From NCBI RefSeq assembly GCF_009914755.1, contig NC_060935.1: a DNA stretch of 64,000 nucleotides; one strand, written 5' to 3'. A program made the translations under genes and the position numbers. Of the stretch, positions 25,943-40,782 are shown piece after piece. How positions within the stretch are numbered: position 1 is the first letter of the stretch; each line of letters starts with the position of its first letter. Under the pieces are notes generated by a model, which saw only the letters and a program-made list of their open reading frames with translations, searched no databases and was not told where the DNA came from. The stretch comes from the human T2T-CHM13v2.0 reference genome, Homo sapiens.

Positions 25943-28900
25943 GCATTCCTTCCTGCTCTTGGGTGGGAAAGAAAAAATAAAAGTTTAGAAAGTTTTTGTT
26001 TCTGAGGCAGCATTTATGGCCTTCTGATTTCTTTTAATTCAAAGCATTCAGCATGCCAACACTCTCAGGTGCTGTTCTCTGCACCCTAAAACTGCATTAA
26101 CAAAATTATAGGACCATGGAATTGAAAGGGACCTCCAAATTCACCAAGTTCAACTCTTTATTGTTATTGAATCAGCATTGCAAATCCTTGCAATATTGAA
26201 GTCTGTTTGTTCAGCAATTGAAAAGTTGCCCAACTTAGTTAAATGTCCAAACTCAAGTTTGTTTTACACAAATATAAAGATAGATAGTAAAGAAGGAAGA
26301 AAAGAAAGAAGGAAATAAGGAAAAATGGCTGGTCTAATTTTTGGAGGTTTTTACTATCTATAAAATTCTTTCTTTGCTTTTTAAATGTATATAGAAAATC
26401 ATAAATTTTATGGAAAACTGAGAGTCACATCTGGCAAGCTATTTTTGATTTACTGAGCTAGGAATAGCTGCAAAAACACTTCCTCTTACAGACTTGCATA
26501 ATCAATCATTTGTTGCTTTCCCTTGCACATCAGCATTAGTTTTACATTACTAAGCTTTTCTTTCATCTTCCAGAATTAAAAGAGGTCACAAAGCAATTTA
26601 GCTCAATTTTAAATTTAATAAAATTAACAATATATTTATTGAGTGATAGTTCTTTGCTTGCCCTTTTCCAGATATAGTGTCAAAGACAAAGTCTTTAACC
26701 ATCACAAGCTTCTACAGGTTTCTAATTTTATGAAAATTCTATTCTCCCCTCCAAAAAAGCAAGAAATGGAAGAGCACCAAAAATAGATATTCTAGAATTT
26801 GGGCTGAAAGAAGATGCTTATAAGAATTCAGAATTGGGAGCAAGTACTCAATAATAGTAGAAAGAGCTAGAGAAGGCTTTATGGAAGATGAACAGGTGAG
26901 CTGATTTAAAATTTGATAACCTTTGAATAATTCTTCACCATTTCTCAGGCAAAGAAAGATTTGAAGGTTGGCATGAACATGATTGTGTAGAGATCAGTGA
27001 AGGGGTAGCTTATACCTCACAGAAGCCTTGAATACCAAGTCCTTATATGCTATATCTACTCAGCAAGAATGTACGCCCTTTGATCATAAAGCCTAGAAAG
27101 ATAAAAATTGTATAATGAAAAGATCATGAATTTTGCAGTCAGAACAATTTCATTCTCAATCTTGTCTTTGCAATAACCAGTGATACTATCTAAAAATTTA
27201 CTTGTGTTCTCTGAGATTGGGTTTCTTTATTTATAACATTAGGAATTATCAACCCTTTCTCAGAGGGCTACAGTAAAGAGTTAAAGAGACTAATATTGTG
27301 TCCAACAAATAATAAGAGTCAAAATATGAAATTTCTTGGTGCCATGTATAACTTCTTCACATAATAAGAGCTTAATTTGTGTGGTATGGTTGACAGCATG
27401 ATGATACTATGGGTATGTGACATCATTATATTTTTTCAAGCATGTTAGGTATATAAAACATGAGAATGAATTAGACTGCACAAAGGGAATATGTAGACAG
27501 AAAAATATATTAAGGATAGAAACACAGGAGCAAACATAATTGCAGAGTGAAAAGAGTTAGAGAATCCTAGCAAGACAGAGAACACATGGCCAGTGTATAC
27601 CACTGACCATGTGTGAGAACAAACAGTAGAGTGTAGGAATGTTGATGGCTAGTGAGTGAAAAATGTCAATAAATAAAGAGTGTTCAATAGAGTGTAATGT
27701 GTCAGGGAAACCTGCAATTATTGAAACATTTTTATTGGATGGAGGCCATTGTTGAGCTTTACAAGAGCAGCTTCACCTGCAAGTTTCAGTGGAGAAATCA
27801 GACTGCAGGAGACAGGAACTAGAGCTGAGGAAGTGGAGGCAGTGAATTCCCACTGCTCTTCAAGATATTTTAACTAAAATTGAAGAGAGAGAAAGCAAGG
27901 TAATTAGAAAAAAAAAATGCTGTGTTAAAGTTGGAAGAAAGCCAGGAGGAAACAGAGGTGTAGATCAAAACAGGTCTCCGTGGTGTGGGCTGGGAATAAA
28001 TGTTTAGAGGGAATGAAGTGAAAAAATGAATGGGGATATTTACAATCTGCAATAAATGAAGCAGTAGGAAGTGCATCTTCACCACCAATCACAGGAAACA
28101 TGACAGCATTTTCTTAGATTAATCACTCTAAGGGAGGGATGTAGGAAGCAGAATAGGGAGAAAAAGAGTGCTGCAGCTTGTTTTCTTTGCTGGAATAAAT
28201 ATCAGCAAAAATAATGTATTATAAATCGATATTAGTTATGAATAAAAACTCTATTAAATATCATTTAGTGCCTGCCTAGTTTCCACAGCAAAAAAAAAAA
28301 TCAAGAAATAGGGAGAAGGGGAAACAGTTAAGCTTTAAATGGACACACTAAATAAAAAAAAAGTTTTCAATATATATTTTCTTCTCTACTCATCTCAGGT
28401 TATAAAACGAACAACCTTGTCATCCAGGGAAGAACTATGATAGTGTTGCTTTGAGAAAAATAAAAGTTCATGTACAATGCCCATCAAGTGATATATTCTC
28501 TGAGAGAAGTTAGAAAAAGCCATGAAACATACGAGAGAGTATTCTGTCATCTAAGTACTAAACCATACACACACAAACACCCCTGAAATGAAATAAGACC
28601 AAAGTAAAATAGGCAACATATTTGTAATTTCTGTTACATAAAATGTGAAACAAAATTTCTCATTATTCATTTCTGTTAAATATCTAACTTCCTCTTTTTC
28701 ATGAGCAACTTTGACATTGGACCTCAGAAAACATTCCACTTTGTCTTATTACAGTCTGTTTACCCATTTGCTAACTTTTATTCAAATTTATTCACTTCCT
28801 GACTTATCGTGTTTTGCATTATGTTGATGTTCACTTGGAAATAGTTGTTTTCCTAGATTCTAATGATGTCTATGCCAGCAGCTGCAAGCTGAGAACACAG

Positions 28901-29139
28901 CGAATGTGTATGCACAGTACAAAATTCTTCCAATTAGGACTGCTGCTTAATTGGCAAGATTGCTGTCAAGTAGCATGACCACTGCATTACATTTGAATCT
29001 GAATTTCGTGTAAATGTAGATATTTAGGAGCTTATTAGAGAATTTGCATGGAAATTGAAGGAGAAAATAGTTCATGTGTTTGGGGGAAACAAATCTAACT
29101 CGATTTTAACATTAGTATTTCCTTAAACTACTTAAGCAG

Positions 29140-29380
29140 TATAGCAAACTAGTTACATGTGTCAGCTCTGGAGTTAGATGTTGCTAAGAATTCTAGCTAC
29201 AACTCTTGGTGATCTCAGACAAAGTTCTTAACCCATCTGAGCCTCAGTTGTTATACATGTAAAATGGAGATAATTAAAGCCTCTATATCTTATGATTGTT
29301 TAAACTTGAATTAAATCATATATGTCAATCACATGGCATAGTGTCTGTCAGTAAGTTCTCAATGACTTGTAGCTACTATT
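29140..29380 (+). mobile_element. MIR SINE
   Basis: GCTCTGGAGTTAGA...CTTAACCCATCTGAGCCTCAGTTG...GTAAAATGGAGATAAT...GTAAGTTCTCAATGA. Confidence 0.75.
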
Positions 29381-29642
29381 TAGTCAAAGACATATTACAG
29401 AAAGTGTTACAGGTTTCTTAATTCAATGCTATACATTATAGACTCAATAAATAGTATTATTGTTTAAATTCCTTTCTGTTGAATTTTATTTCAATAGATT
29501 TTGGACACTGGCTTGAAATAAAAATATTTATTTTTAAATTTACATGCACATATTTTGTGCCTTGCTTCAGAATTCCTCTATTCCCTCAGCAGATGTAACT
29601 TCAATTTTCTCTCCTCCCTTCCATACTGACTCCTGTTTGGTC

Positions 29643-30297
29643 CGTAGGGGCAGAAAAGGTATAATACTTTTCTTCACTCATCATAAAGGTCATGGCTGAC
29701 ACTCCAATAACAGAAGATAGGTTAAGAAGAAAAAAGCAGAAGACATTTATTGAATGAAAGTTTTATGTTGTGTGGGAGTATTCAGAAATGAAGACCCAAA
29801 GACTCAGGAAAAACTGTCTATTTTTATGCTTAAATTTGATGAAAAATGGGCAGCCATGTAAAAATGTGACTGGATTAAAAAAGCATTATTTCATGGTAAG
29901 AGACTGAGTGAGGAAATATAGCAAGACCTGTCTGTGTTGATTCTTTCTTGGTCTGTCTCTGTGGCATCACTTCTTCCTAGATATAGGGCAGTAGATCTTC
30001 TGGACTGAGGATCTTATGTCCTACCACTAGACGAGGAAGGTCAGAGAATTCCTTTATGGCCAGCTCCTACATGGAAAGGTGGGGGAAGGTTACAGTAATA
30101 TTTCTAGGATTAAGACTTGCCTTGGGATAGAGGTATTCCAGTTTATATGGTTTGCATTGAGGGAAGAGGAGGAGCAAAAGAAAGAAGAGCAGGAGAAGTT
30201 TTGAAGGATACCTTGCTTCTGAGGCCCTTCCAATATCCTTCAGTTCAAAGAATGCCCAAGTGTCATAATTTCAGGTATGATTTTTTGAGCCCCAACA
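29643..30297 (-). mobile_element. MER39-family ERV1 solo LTR
   Basis: GAAGACCCAAAGACTCAGGAAAAACTGTCTATTTTTATGCTT...GAGCCCCAACA; 4-bp TSD GGTC/GGCC; homologous in the opposite orientation to 38480-39108. Confidence 0.82.
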
Positions 30298-31230
30298 GGC
30301 CCTCTGTGGATGTGATTGGGCTGATGGTGGTCAGGGCTTTCAAACATAAGAATGTCCACACCCTTTTCTCATACAGTGGAAAATGAGTTTTTCTCATTAA
30401 TGATGAAGAACGATCAGCTGCCACAAAATGTTCGGATTCTACTTTATCAGACTAATCAAGCAGTTAGTGCCTAAACTGATACTTCTTCCCTTACTAGAAG
30501 TTCAGATTAGCTAATCACCTCGTAAACAATTGTCAGACTTTATACCAGTCATCATCTTTCTCATCTAGCTGTTCAGACTTGGTCAACAGTGGGGACCATG
30601 TTATCCCTTGGAATTTATAGTGACTGTGTTACCCCTTGAAATTTCTAGTGACCACGGACTCAATACTTAGACATTTACCATCTTAGCTATCTTCCATATC
30701 TGTCTCTAAGAACCCCCCAGCCCCACTGCCATCACCACTATCACACACTGCTATCACCCTCACCAGGGCAAGAGATAAAATGCAGAAATTGAAGTTCCCT
30801 AAAATGAAGATTTGCTTATCCATAAATGGTATAAAAATTTACATTGTTTTCAGATACAGATTCTATCTAAGCCATATAGTAAGACCAGACACCACAAGTT
30901 AATTCAAAATTTCTCAGGGAGTGTACAAGAAAATTTCTTTCATATCTCATCAGCCTGGGACCATTCCCTCCACCAAAACTGGTGCTGAGTTTTAAAGAAA
31001 TTAGGAAGACTGAAATATCATCTTCTATATCCACCGAAGAACCTACTTGCTACCTGATTCTAATAAAAAGAGTAGATGTTCATCATGTCACTTAATTCCA
31101 AGATCTTTCTGTTTTCCTTAGGTATTTACTGAGCCTATCTTATCTAAAAATAGGAAGAGATTTCGATAAAGATAAAAACTGTATGTTAATAAAAAGAAAG
31201 GAGATAGCAAGCAGATCCCAAAGATCCAAG

Positions 31231-31916
31231 TGTAACCAACCAATAGGTTATCTTTGCCTGCTGCCTAGAGAGAACTGATTTATCAAGACAGGGAATTGCA
31301 ATGAAGAGTTTAATTGACTCAGAGCCAGCTGTATGGGAGACTGGAGTTCTATTATTACTCAAATCAGCCCCCCTGGATGAGGACTGGGATTTTAAATAAT
31401 AATTTGGTGAACAGAGGTTCAGGAAGTAGGGACTGTTGATTTGTTGGGTGAGAGATTAAATTATAGAGAATCAAAACTTTCCTCTTCCACGGAGTCAGTT
31501 CCTGGGTGGGGGGTCACAAGACCAGATGAGTCAGTTTATTGATCTGGGTGGTGCCAGCTGATCCATCAAATGCAGGGTATGAAAACCATCTCAAGCACCA
31601 ATCTTAGATTTTACAATAGTGATGTTATCCATAGAAGGAATTGGGGAGATTTTAGAATCTTGTGACCTTGATCTAGCTGCATGGCTCCTAAACCGTAATT
31701 TCGAATCTTGTGGCTAATTTGTTAGTCCTGCAAAGGCAATCTAGTCTCCAGGCAAGGAGAGGGTTTGTTTTGGGAAAAGACTGTTATCATCTTTGTTTCA
31801 AAGTTAAACTATTAACTAAGTTCCTCCCAACGTTATTTCAGCCTATGCCCAGGAATGGACAAGGACAGCTTGGAAGTTAGAAGCAAGATGGCATTGGTTG
31901 GGTTAGCTTAGTTTCA
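31231..31916 (-). mobile_element. LTR8-family (LTR8A-like) ERV1 solo LTR
   Basis: TGTAACC...GATCTGGGTGGTGCCAGCTGATCCATCAA...GTTTCA; perfect 4-bp TSD CAAG/CAAG. Confidence 0.9.
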
Positions 31917-32523
31917 CAAGTGCCTCTTAAATACTCAGGGGATAGGGTTTGCTGAATGGAAGGGCTGTTGAGGGATAATTGCATTTTTGTTTTTTTTTTG
32001 GGTTTTTTTTTTTTTGTCAACTAGTGTTTACCAAGCCTCTCTGTACTTAGCTTCAGAAATCTAAGAACATTATTTTCTCTATAAAACTCAATGCCAGAGA
32101 AGAATTGAGGGAAAAGATTGGGTGGAAAAGACAAATATTGGACTTGGATTCTAAAAACACTGCAGGTGGTGGCTATGGTTATGAGATTGATATATAGATA
32201 CAATTATAGATAGATGGCAGACAGATAATAGATAGATAATAGGTAATTATGTCTAACATTTGAAACCTTTTCCTTTGTGTGTGATTTTAAATGGATTATG
32301 TTAATTTTCAAAACATATATTTGCATTTCAGTGTAATTCCTATCATTTTCCCAGGGAAAAATAACATTAAAGGAAATTTAAAATATTTTACCTTAAAATA
32401 TACTTTTTGCCATATTTTCAGATGGCTACTCAGAGAGGCTACAGATAAGAATAGTCCTGTAAAGTTGTCTTACATGGAGGAGAGTTGCATCTGTAGAGAA
32501 AATATGCACGAATGAAATAAACA

Positions 32524-32876
<353 letters not shown>

Positions 32877-33044
32877 CTAGGAAAGACTAAAAGAGGGTTT
32901 GACATCTTTAAAGTTCTGACAGAGAAACGTTTGCCACAGGATAGGGTTTCTTTCTGAAAGCGGCTACCTGTGAAATTTCATCTGCATAAAAAGAGCACCT
33001 TTGCTCCATGCTTTTCTTCCTCTTCTCTACTTCTACTAACCTTT

Positions 33045-33790
33045 TGTCAATTGAAGAATTGCAAGGTTCATAAATTTGGAAAGGAGAGCATTATTTTTCA
33101 TAAAGCATTGAAGTCTGTAAGGTGGCCACTCTGACAGGCTGGGAGGCGTACATAGCCTTTGGCGCTGTTGAAAGCAAGCACTTAAGGAATGGTTGAAGGA
33201 AACAGAAATTTATGCTTAGACAAGCAGGGTAGGTGGCTGAAGGTATGTATTTAATAAGCCATAGGAGTCATGAAAATTTACTAAAGGCGAAACATGTGTA
33301 TGCACAATGGAGCTTCATGCCCCTTCATGGGTGGCATGTTCAAAAAATGGTGGTGTTAGCATGATTCGAGGTTGGAGTCTCTAATATCAAAAGGTGGAAC
33401 AAAGGACATGAAAACCCTTACTGTGCATCCTCCATAGACTGGCCAGAACCACTCCCAGGTTGATGGTCTGTTATCAGGAAGGAATGTTGGTCAGCTGCTA
33501 TGTCTGGACAACAAACCAGAGGAGGAGTCCAGTTGTGGCCCCAGATGATTGGCTCAAGGCAACGAAGGAATGAGTCATCTGTTACTTGTTTCCAGAGCTG
33601 GTTTCTTCTGTTTACTCCTTAAGAAAGAAATTTGGTTAAAGGTTAATAAGGGGCATATTGAGGCATGTCAAACCTCTCATCCCATCATGGCCAGGGACTC
33701 AGTTTCGAAAGTTTTTCTGGGATCCCCTTGAACAAGTGAGGGGTCCATTCAGTTGTCTGGAGAGGCTTAGTTTTTGATTTTTATTTCTCA
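33045..33790 (-). mobile_element. MER72/MER49-like ERV1 solo LTR nested in the previous LTR
   Basis: TGTCAATTGAAGAA...GGCTTAGTTTTTGATTTTTATTTCTCA; TSD CTTT/CTGT. Confidence 0.78.
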
Positions 33791-34345
33791 CTGTCTTGTC
33801 CCGATAACCTCTTTTGCCATGCTCCAAACCCTACTATTTACACTAACCTTAAGATGGTGTGAAAGCGTCAACACTCTGGCCCCCTTTTTTTGAGTTTTTA
33901 TATTTTGTATGACTCCCAGGCACACATGTGCATGTTAATAAACTTGTTTACCTTATGTTCCTTTTAATCTCTCTATTATCAGTTTGTGTTATAAACTCAA
34001 GTTATCAAACCTTCAGAGAAAAACTTAAACTTCCCTACAATACTATTGATAAACAAACCTGAAAACCGTTTAGTCAACAATAAACCTGAATGCTTCAAAC
34101 CTTCAGCAACATTCTTACAACTGTCAGCAGATGACATGATGATTCATGGGTGCAAAATTCAATCTTTTAGAGGATACCCCAGAATTCCATGTGATACTCT
34201 AACATGATTCTGAATTTATTATATGTGTAACTAGCATTTGAAATAAATGTTATTCTTAAGGTAATTTTGATGATTTTCATTGTTTCTTAATTTTATCATA
34301 TAAAATCTTAATACACCTAATATACATAAAAAATAAACCTCATTT

Positions 34346-34768
<423 letters not shown>

Positions 34769-34934
34769 CTACCACAAACCCATGTTTTCCCTTCTTTCTA
34801 AAAGTGTCTAGATTTTATTCTGTTATTTGATTTTTTTTCCACATGATTAAGGAGGAAAGGATTCCAGTGAGAAGAACAGACAGTGGATCATGATGAGCCT
34901 AGGACAGTTACAGAGATTCCACTCTATTTTGCAG

Positions 34935-35478
34935 TGTAGTAGAGGAAAAACTAATTTTCCCTCTGCCTTTCACAGTTCCTTGGTAGGACTGACCCTTGTA
35001 GCAATACATAAATTAACAAGAGAAAAACAAACAGAAGCTTAATAAGATGTATGCCTCCTATATAATTGGGAGATACTCAGAGAAATGACTAAATCTCAAA
35101 GAAATAGTTCAGGCTGAAATACAATGTTCAACTGAAACAGAAAGAAGTGTGTGAGGAAGCACACTAATGGGAAAGTGATCAGGAGAAGTAAACAAGAGCA
35201 AGGTTTGGTGCCTGCTTCATTGATAGAAGTCTCTAATGGTTTAGAGTCATCCTTTTCTTCCTGGTACAGAAACCTGAGACACCCTTACAAATTTTTTTTT
35301 AATAGATGTACATTTTCCTAATGAGGTAACTTCTACTCTCTTACAGTTTCTCCTATGTCTGCAGTTTCTCAAAATAATCAGCTCGAAATGATCTTTATGC
35401 CAAAGTGACATATTTTGGGGTGGCATATTTGGGTTTCCTACAGCCCTACATTGGGTGGCGTATTTTTAGTCTCCTACA
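34935..35478 (-). mobile_element. MER34A-like ERV1 solo LTR
   Basis: TGTAGTAGAGGAAAAA...CAAAATAATCAGCTCGAAATGATCTTTATGCCAAAG...CTCCTACA; perfect TSD GCAG/GCAG. Confidence 0.85.
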
Positions 35479-35482
35479 GCAG

Positions 35483-36710
35483 TAATTGTTTAAGGTTGGG
35501 TATGTGATTCGGACCAATGAAACATCAGGACAAATCTAAAGGGGGAGTGCTAAGAAGAATCCCTCACTCCTAATAAAGAGTTAAAGAGACAAGTCTGCCT
35601 TGTACTTTGGGTATTATTCTATGCAGATGTGACATCTGCAATTGCTGAGAACAACTAAAGTATCACAGTATGTTGTGATACTGTGATTTATAATGGGAAA
35701 TATATATTTGATTCTTTTACTCCTTCCTGGCCAAAGCTCCTAAACTCCTCGGAATTTCCTAAATTATGGGGGTGATAAATGTAAGAGGAGTGTTTTTTGT
35801 TATTCATAAAATGTTTACCTGAGTTTATGTAAATGAGATGAGTTTTGGAAAGCCCTAGATAAACACAGGATGGAGACTGCTCATCGCCAAGGGAACCAAC
35901 CATGTGACTAGAGGGTTAGAATTTTCCTTCCGACTCCCCAGCCTCTGGGGAATGTAGAGGAGCTACAGATTAATCACCAACAACCAATGATATAGTCAAT
36001 CATGTCCATGTAATTAAGCCACCATAATAACACAAAAGGACAGGATTCTGAGAACTTCCAGGTTGGTGAATGCACAGAGGTGCTGGGCATGGGGTGCACT
36101 CAAAGTGAATGGAAGCTCTCAGCCTCTTCCCACCTACCTTGCCCTATGCATCTCTTCTGTTTGACTGTTTATGAGTTCTATCCTTTTATAATAAACTGGT
36201 AATATAAGAAGTAAATGGTTTTCCTGAGATCTATGAGCAGTTCTTACAAATGATCAAACGCAAGGTGGGGGTTGTGTAAACCCCCAGTTTATAGCTAATT
36301 GGTTAGAAATACAGGTGACAACCTGGACTTGTGATTGGCATCTGAAATGGGGAGGTGGGGGTGTCAGTATTGTACAATTGAGCCCTTAACCTGTGAAGTC
36401 TAAAATAGCTCTCGGTAAATAGTATCAGAATTTAATTGAATTGTGTAACACTGCTTATTGTTTAAAGAGAATTGGAGAATTGTTTGGTGTGGGGAAAACT
36501 CCCACACATTTGGTGTCAGAAGTGTTGTGTGTATAAAGAATAAAATAGTTTGTTTTTCCTAAACACCCATACAGGATGATTGACCCCTGATATGCTAGAA
36601 GGGGAACCTGCCTAACCTCTACCCATTTCCTCACAAGATAATGCATTTCTGCATTGCTTAAATCAGTTTCAGATGGGCTTTTATCATATCTTAAAAATCC
36701 AGTTCTTTGA
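35483..36710 (+). mobile_element. old MLT1-type MaLR LTR split by the MER21 insertion
   Basis: GGGTATGTGATTCGGACCAATGA at ~35500 and TTGCTTAAATCAGTTTCAGATGGGCTTTT at ~36655. Confidence 0.5.
35674..36565 (+). mobile_element. MER21 (MER21B/C-like) LTR
   Basis: TGTGATACTGTGATTTATAAT start; GAACTTCCAGGTTGGTGAA, CCTTGCCCTATGCATCTCTTC, CACATTTGGTGTCAGAAGTG. Confidence 0.85.
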
Positions 36711-37203
36711 CCTTTATAATTCAATGGAAAGGGGATCCAAATTGCAGACACTCAGGAGATTACATTTAGGTTAGCTGCAGCAGAAAACAAATTGGATGAT
36801 GGAAGTGAATATTAGCTATAATTAGGATCTCAGAGCACTCTTGGCAAATTTACTAAAGCTAACATTTCTAAGTGTTTGTCATTTTGGTTTTAAGTTAAAA
36901 GTTGAGAAGCTTCAGGAATAGCTATATTTTTGTATGGGAATGATAATAAATTATTCATTTATTTCTATCCATTATAAGGTTCATTTTAGCCCAATTCTAG
37001 CAGAATAGGTTACATCAAAGATAAAATAAGATTTTTTATCTTTAAATGAAAGATTTGTCATTCAGATAGGATTTAGACAATCAGCTCTAAGCATTTACAA
37101 ACTTATAGTCTGGTTGGGGGAGATACCAACATTTAACATAGTAATTAACAAAATGCCATCAGATAATAATGATGCAAAGATGTGTCAATGACTACAATGC
37201 TAT

Positions 37204-37920
37204 TGTAACCACCCAGCAGGTTCATCTTGTCTGCTTCTCAGATAAAGCCAATTGATCAAAGTCAAGGGAATTGCAATACAGAGAGTATCTAATCCATATA
37301 GAGACGGCTAAACAGGAGACCAGAGTTATTCCTACTTAAATCACCCTCCCTGAAAATTCAGAGGCTAGAGTTTTTTAAAGATAACTAGTTGGTGGACAGC
37401 AGGCTAGGGAATGGAGTGTGCTGATTGGTCAGGTCTGAGATGAAATCATAGAGGGTTGAAGCGGGTCTTCTTGCTGTCTTGCTTCTTGCTGTTCCTCGGT
37501 GGGATCGCAGAACTAGTTGAGCCAGATTATCAGAATACGGGGTCTTAAAAATATCCCAAACACCAATTTTAGGTTTTGTAATAGTAATATTACCCATAGA
37601 GCAATTGAGGAGGTTGGGAATCTTGAGGCATCTAGCTGTATGACTCCTAAACCATGATTTCTAATCTGGTTGCTAATTTGTTAGTTTTACAAAGGTGGTC
37701 TTGTTCCCATGCCAGGAAAGAGTTTGTTTCAGGAAAGGCAGTTATCTTGTTTGTTTCAAAGTTAAACTGTAAAGTAAACTCCTCGTAGAGTTAGCTTGGC
37801 CTATGCCCGGGAATGAACATGGGCAGTTTGGAGATTAAAGGCTAGATGGAGTTGGTTTTGTCAGATCTCTTTCACTGTTAACATTTTCTCACTGTTATAA
37901 TTTTTGCAAAGGCAGTTTCA
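37204..37920 (-). mobile_element. LTR8-family (LTR8A/B-like) ERV1 solo LTR
   Basis: TGTAACCACCCAGCAGG...TTTTTGCAAAGGCAGTTTCA; perfect TSD CTAT/CTAT. Confidence 0.9.
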
Positions 37921-38479
37921 CTATGGGAACACAGGGGTTTCAATGAAAGATGCAGATGTCTCTGAAATTATCCTGTAGGGGGTGGATATTAGATTACAGT
38001 GAAAACGTGATTATAAGTTATAATAAATGATATGAAGGTGAAAAATTCATAACACTGTGATGCGAAATATCACATGCTGAGGGAATGCTCCTTGCCAGTT
38101 TCTGCAAATGAAATCAATATTCTACCGGTTGATAGACTGGGAATCATGTCTCTCTTTTTAAAGTTTTCTGCAGTATGTCTACTGAGTTATGTCAGTTATT
38201 CCACCATGTTCTTTCATGCCTTCATCTTTTTTCCCACTGTGCTACAGAAAGCTTCCTAGTGAGACTTGCCACTTTCAGTCTGCATGGATTTCTGTTCTAC
38301 CTCTGGTCACCCTCAATACGATATTTTCAAAATACTGATTTTTAACATATTTCTTTCCTTCCCAAAATTTTCTGTGAATCTCTACTACCTGAAGAGAAGG
38401 ATAGGAGGAAAAACATTATTCTATTATAAGATCTTACAGTCTGGTAGGAAAGTACAAAAAAATCCACAAACATAAATAC

Positions 38480-39108
38480 TATTAGGGTTCAAAAACAATG
38501 CCCCAAAATGAAGTCCTCCAAAGCAGCCTTAGAAGTAAAAGTTTTCTCTCATCTTCTCCTGTCCTCCCATCTCTCAGTCCCATTGACCCCCAAAGCTAGC
38601 CCTCCAAGCTAGAATCCCTCTTCCCCAGAGAGAGTTGTAGAAACCAGTACCTCTTTTCCCAAAAGCCAACATAAAACCTAAAAATATAACTTTTCCCCTG
38701 CCTTTCTGTGTAAAAACTGGCCATAAAGAAATTATCTGACCTACCTGTTTGACTGCCGGTCATAAAACCCTCAGTCCAGAGAGGGTTCTTCCCCATATAT
38801 GAAAGTAATGCATGCTCAGAGAAGCTGAAAAGAATCTAAACAGACTCAATTTATTAGTCTATTAACATTAAATCATACTCTTTTTGTCCAGTCATATTTC
38901 AACACAACTGTCCATACTTTGTTGAATATAATTATAAAAGTGGGCAATTTTCCCTGTATCTTTGGGTCTTCATCCTGAAGGCTTTCATGTATACACATTA
39001 AATAAATTTATGTGCCTTTTCTCTTATTAATCTGTCTTTTTCAATTTCATTTTCAGAGAATCAGAATCTTCAGAGGGCCAAGAGGAAAGTTCTCCCTTGG
39101 TTTCTACA
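38480..39108 (+). mobile_element. MER39/MER39B-like ERV1 solo LTR
   Basis: AAAACAATGCCCCAAAATGAAG...CTGGCCATAAAGAAATTATCTGACC...AATAAA...TTTCTACA; TSD ATAC/GTAC. Confidence 0.85.
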
Positions 39109-39133
39109 GTACAATAAATTATTAAAAAATCTT

Positions 39134-39369
39134 TCCTTTTGGGATTGTTTGTTTTTGAGACAGGGTCTTACTCTGTCGCCCAGGCTCCCACCTTAGCCTC
39201 CCAAGTAGCTGGGACTACAAGTAAAACCTACCACACCTGGGTATTTTTTTGTGTAAATGGGGTTTCCTCATGTTGCCTACTCTGTTGTTGAACTCCTGGA
39301 CTAAAGCAATCCTCCCGCCTTGGTCTCCCAAAGCGCTGGGATTACAGACATAAGCCACCACACCTGGCC
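39134..39369 (-). mobile_element. AluJ with internal deletion
   Basis: GAGACAGGGTCTTACTCTGTCGCCCAGGCT fused to CCCACCTTAGCC; ends CACCTGGCC. Confidence 0.88.
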
Positions 39370-39710
39370 TTTTTAAAGGATCTTTGATAGAAGTTTATTT
39401 CTAGTAGAGACTAGCTTTGTGACTGACCAATACAAACTCTTCATCTAGACAGTGCTACCCATTAGCCCTCTTCACTCAAAAAATTTTGTATTTTTTAATC
39501 GCACCTTTTAAACAGGACAGTCTTCCTGTATGGAAAATTTACTCTATCCAATTTGTTTATTAACCTAAAATATTCTTCAAAGACTATTTAGAGTTTAGCT
39601 TTCTTCTAATTTCATAGCCTCTTATAACATTCTTAAAATGGATTCAACATGGCACTCTAATTCTATTCCCTGTGCTAGAGAGAATTGTACTTTATATAGA
39701 AAAGTTTGTT

Positions 39711-40111
<401 letters not shown>

Positions 40112-40503
40112 TTAAGTTAAATCTAATAAATGCACATTAAATAAAATAATTGTTTCTTGCAATAAACAATCATCTAAATATCTCAAAACTTTATGACTCG
40201 TCTGTATTTTCTCTCTTCTAGGCCAGCTATCAATAATGGATTTATTTGTTTCTTAAATGGCATTCATTTAGAAACTTCACTATTTTATTTTTCTTACTAC
40301 AGGATTTTGTTATAGGATTGTTAATACTTCTCCTAAAATAAAAATAATGCCAGGACTTCTGCTTTGGCTGTGGAAGATGAGCTTGTATTGGCAGATTGTT
40401 TCTAAAGACGACAACTAGAAAAACTGAATAAAATATTTTCTATATCACTGTTGCAAGAGTGTTGTGATCTACAAAGGCAAAGGACATATTGAAAAGTATC
40501 ACA

Positions 40504-40782
40504 GCTCACGCCTGTAATCCCAGCACTTTGGGAGGCCGAGGCGGGCGGATCACGAGGTCAGGAGATCCAGACCATCCTGGCTAACGCGGTGAAATCCCGT
40601 CTCTACTAAAAATATAAAACAATTAGCTGGGCGTGGTGGCGGGCGCCTGTAGTCCCAGCTACTCCAGAGGCCATGGTGTGAACCTGGGAGGCGGAGCTTG
40701 CAGTGAGCCGAGATCGCGCCCCTGCACTCCAGCCTGGGCGACAGAGCAAGACTCCATCTCAAAAAAAAAAAAAGAAAAAAAA
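40504..40782 (+). mobile_element. AluY lacking its first ~17 nt, with a right-arm deletion
   Basis: Starts GCTCACGCCTGTAATCCC; perfect TSD GAAAAGTATCACA at 40491-40503 and 40783-40795. Confidence 0.95.

Larger units (their letters stand above)
24645..26091 (-). mobile_element. ERV1 solo LTR (MER34-related) interrupted by two AluJ and a microsatellite
   Basis: TGTAGGTGCAGAGGAAAAG start; shares ATGAATAAGCCCAAAGA, CCCAGATAATC and GAATAGATGAAAAGTCT blocks with 22227-22796. Confidence 0.75.

Noticed and set aside
22227-26091. Two related MER34-like LTRs as a proviral pair
   Set aside because: No retroviral internal sequence between them (MIR, MER5, unique DNA), and they differ substantially.
30594-30649. 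2 x 28-bp diverged tandem repeat
   Set aside because: Ordinary old micro-duplication with several mismatches and no functional signal.
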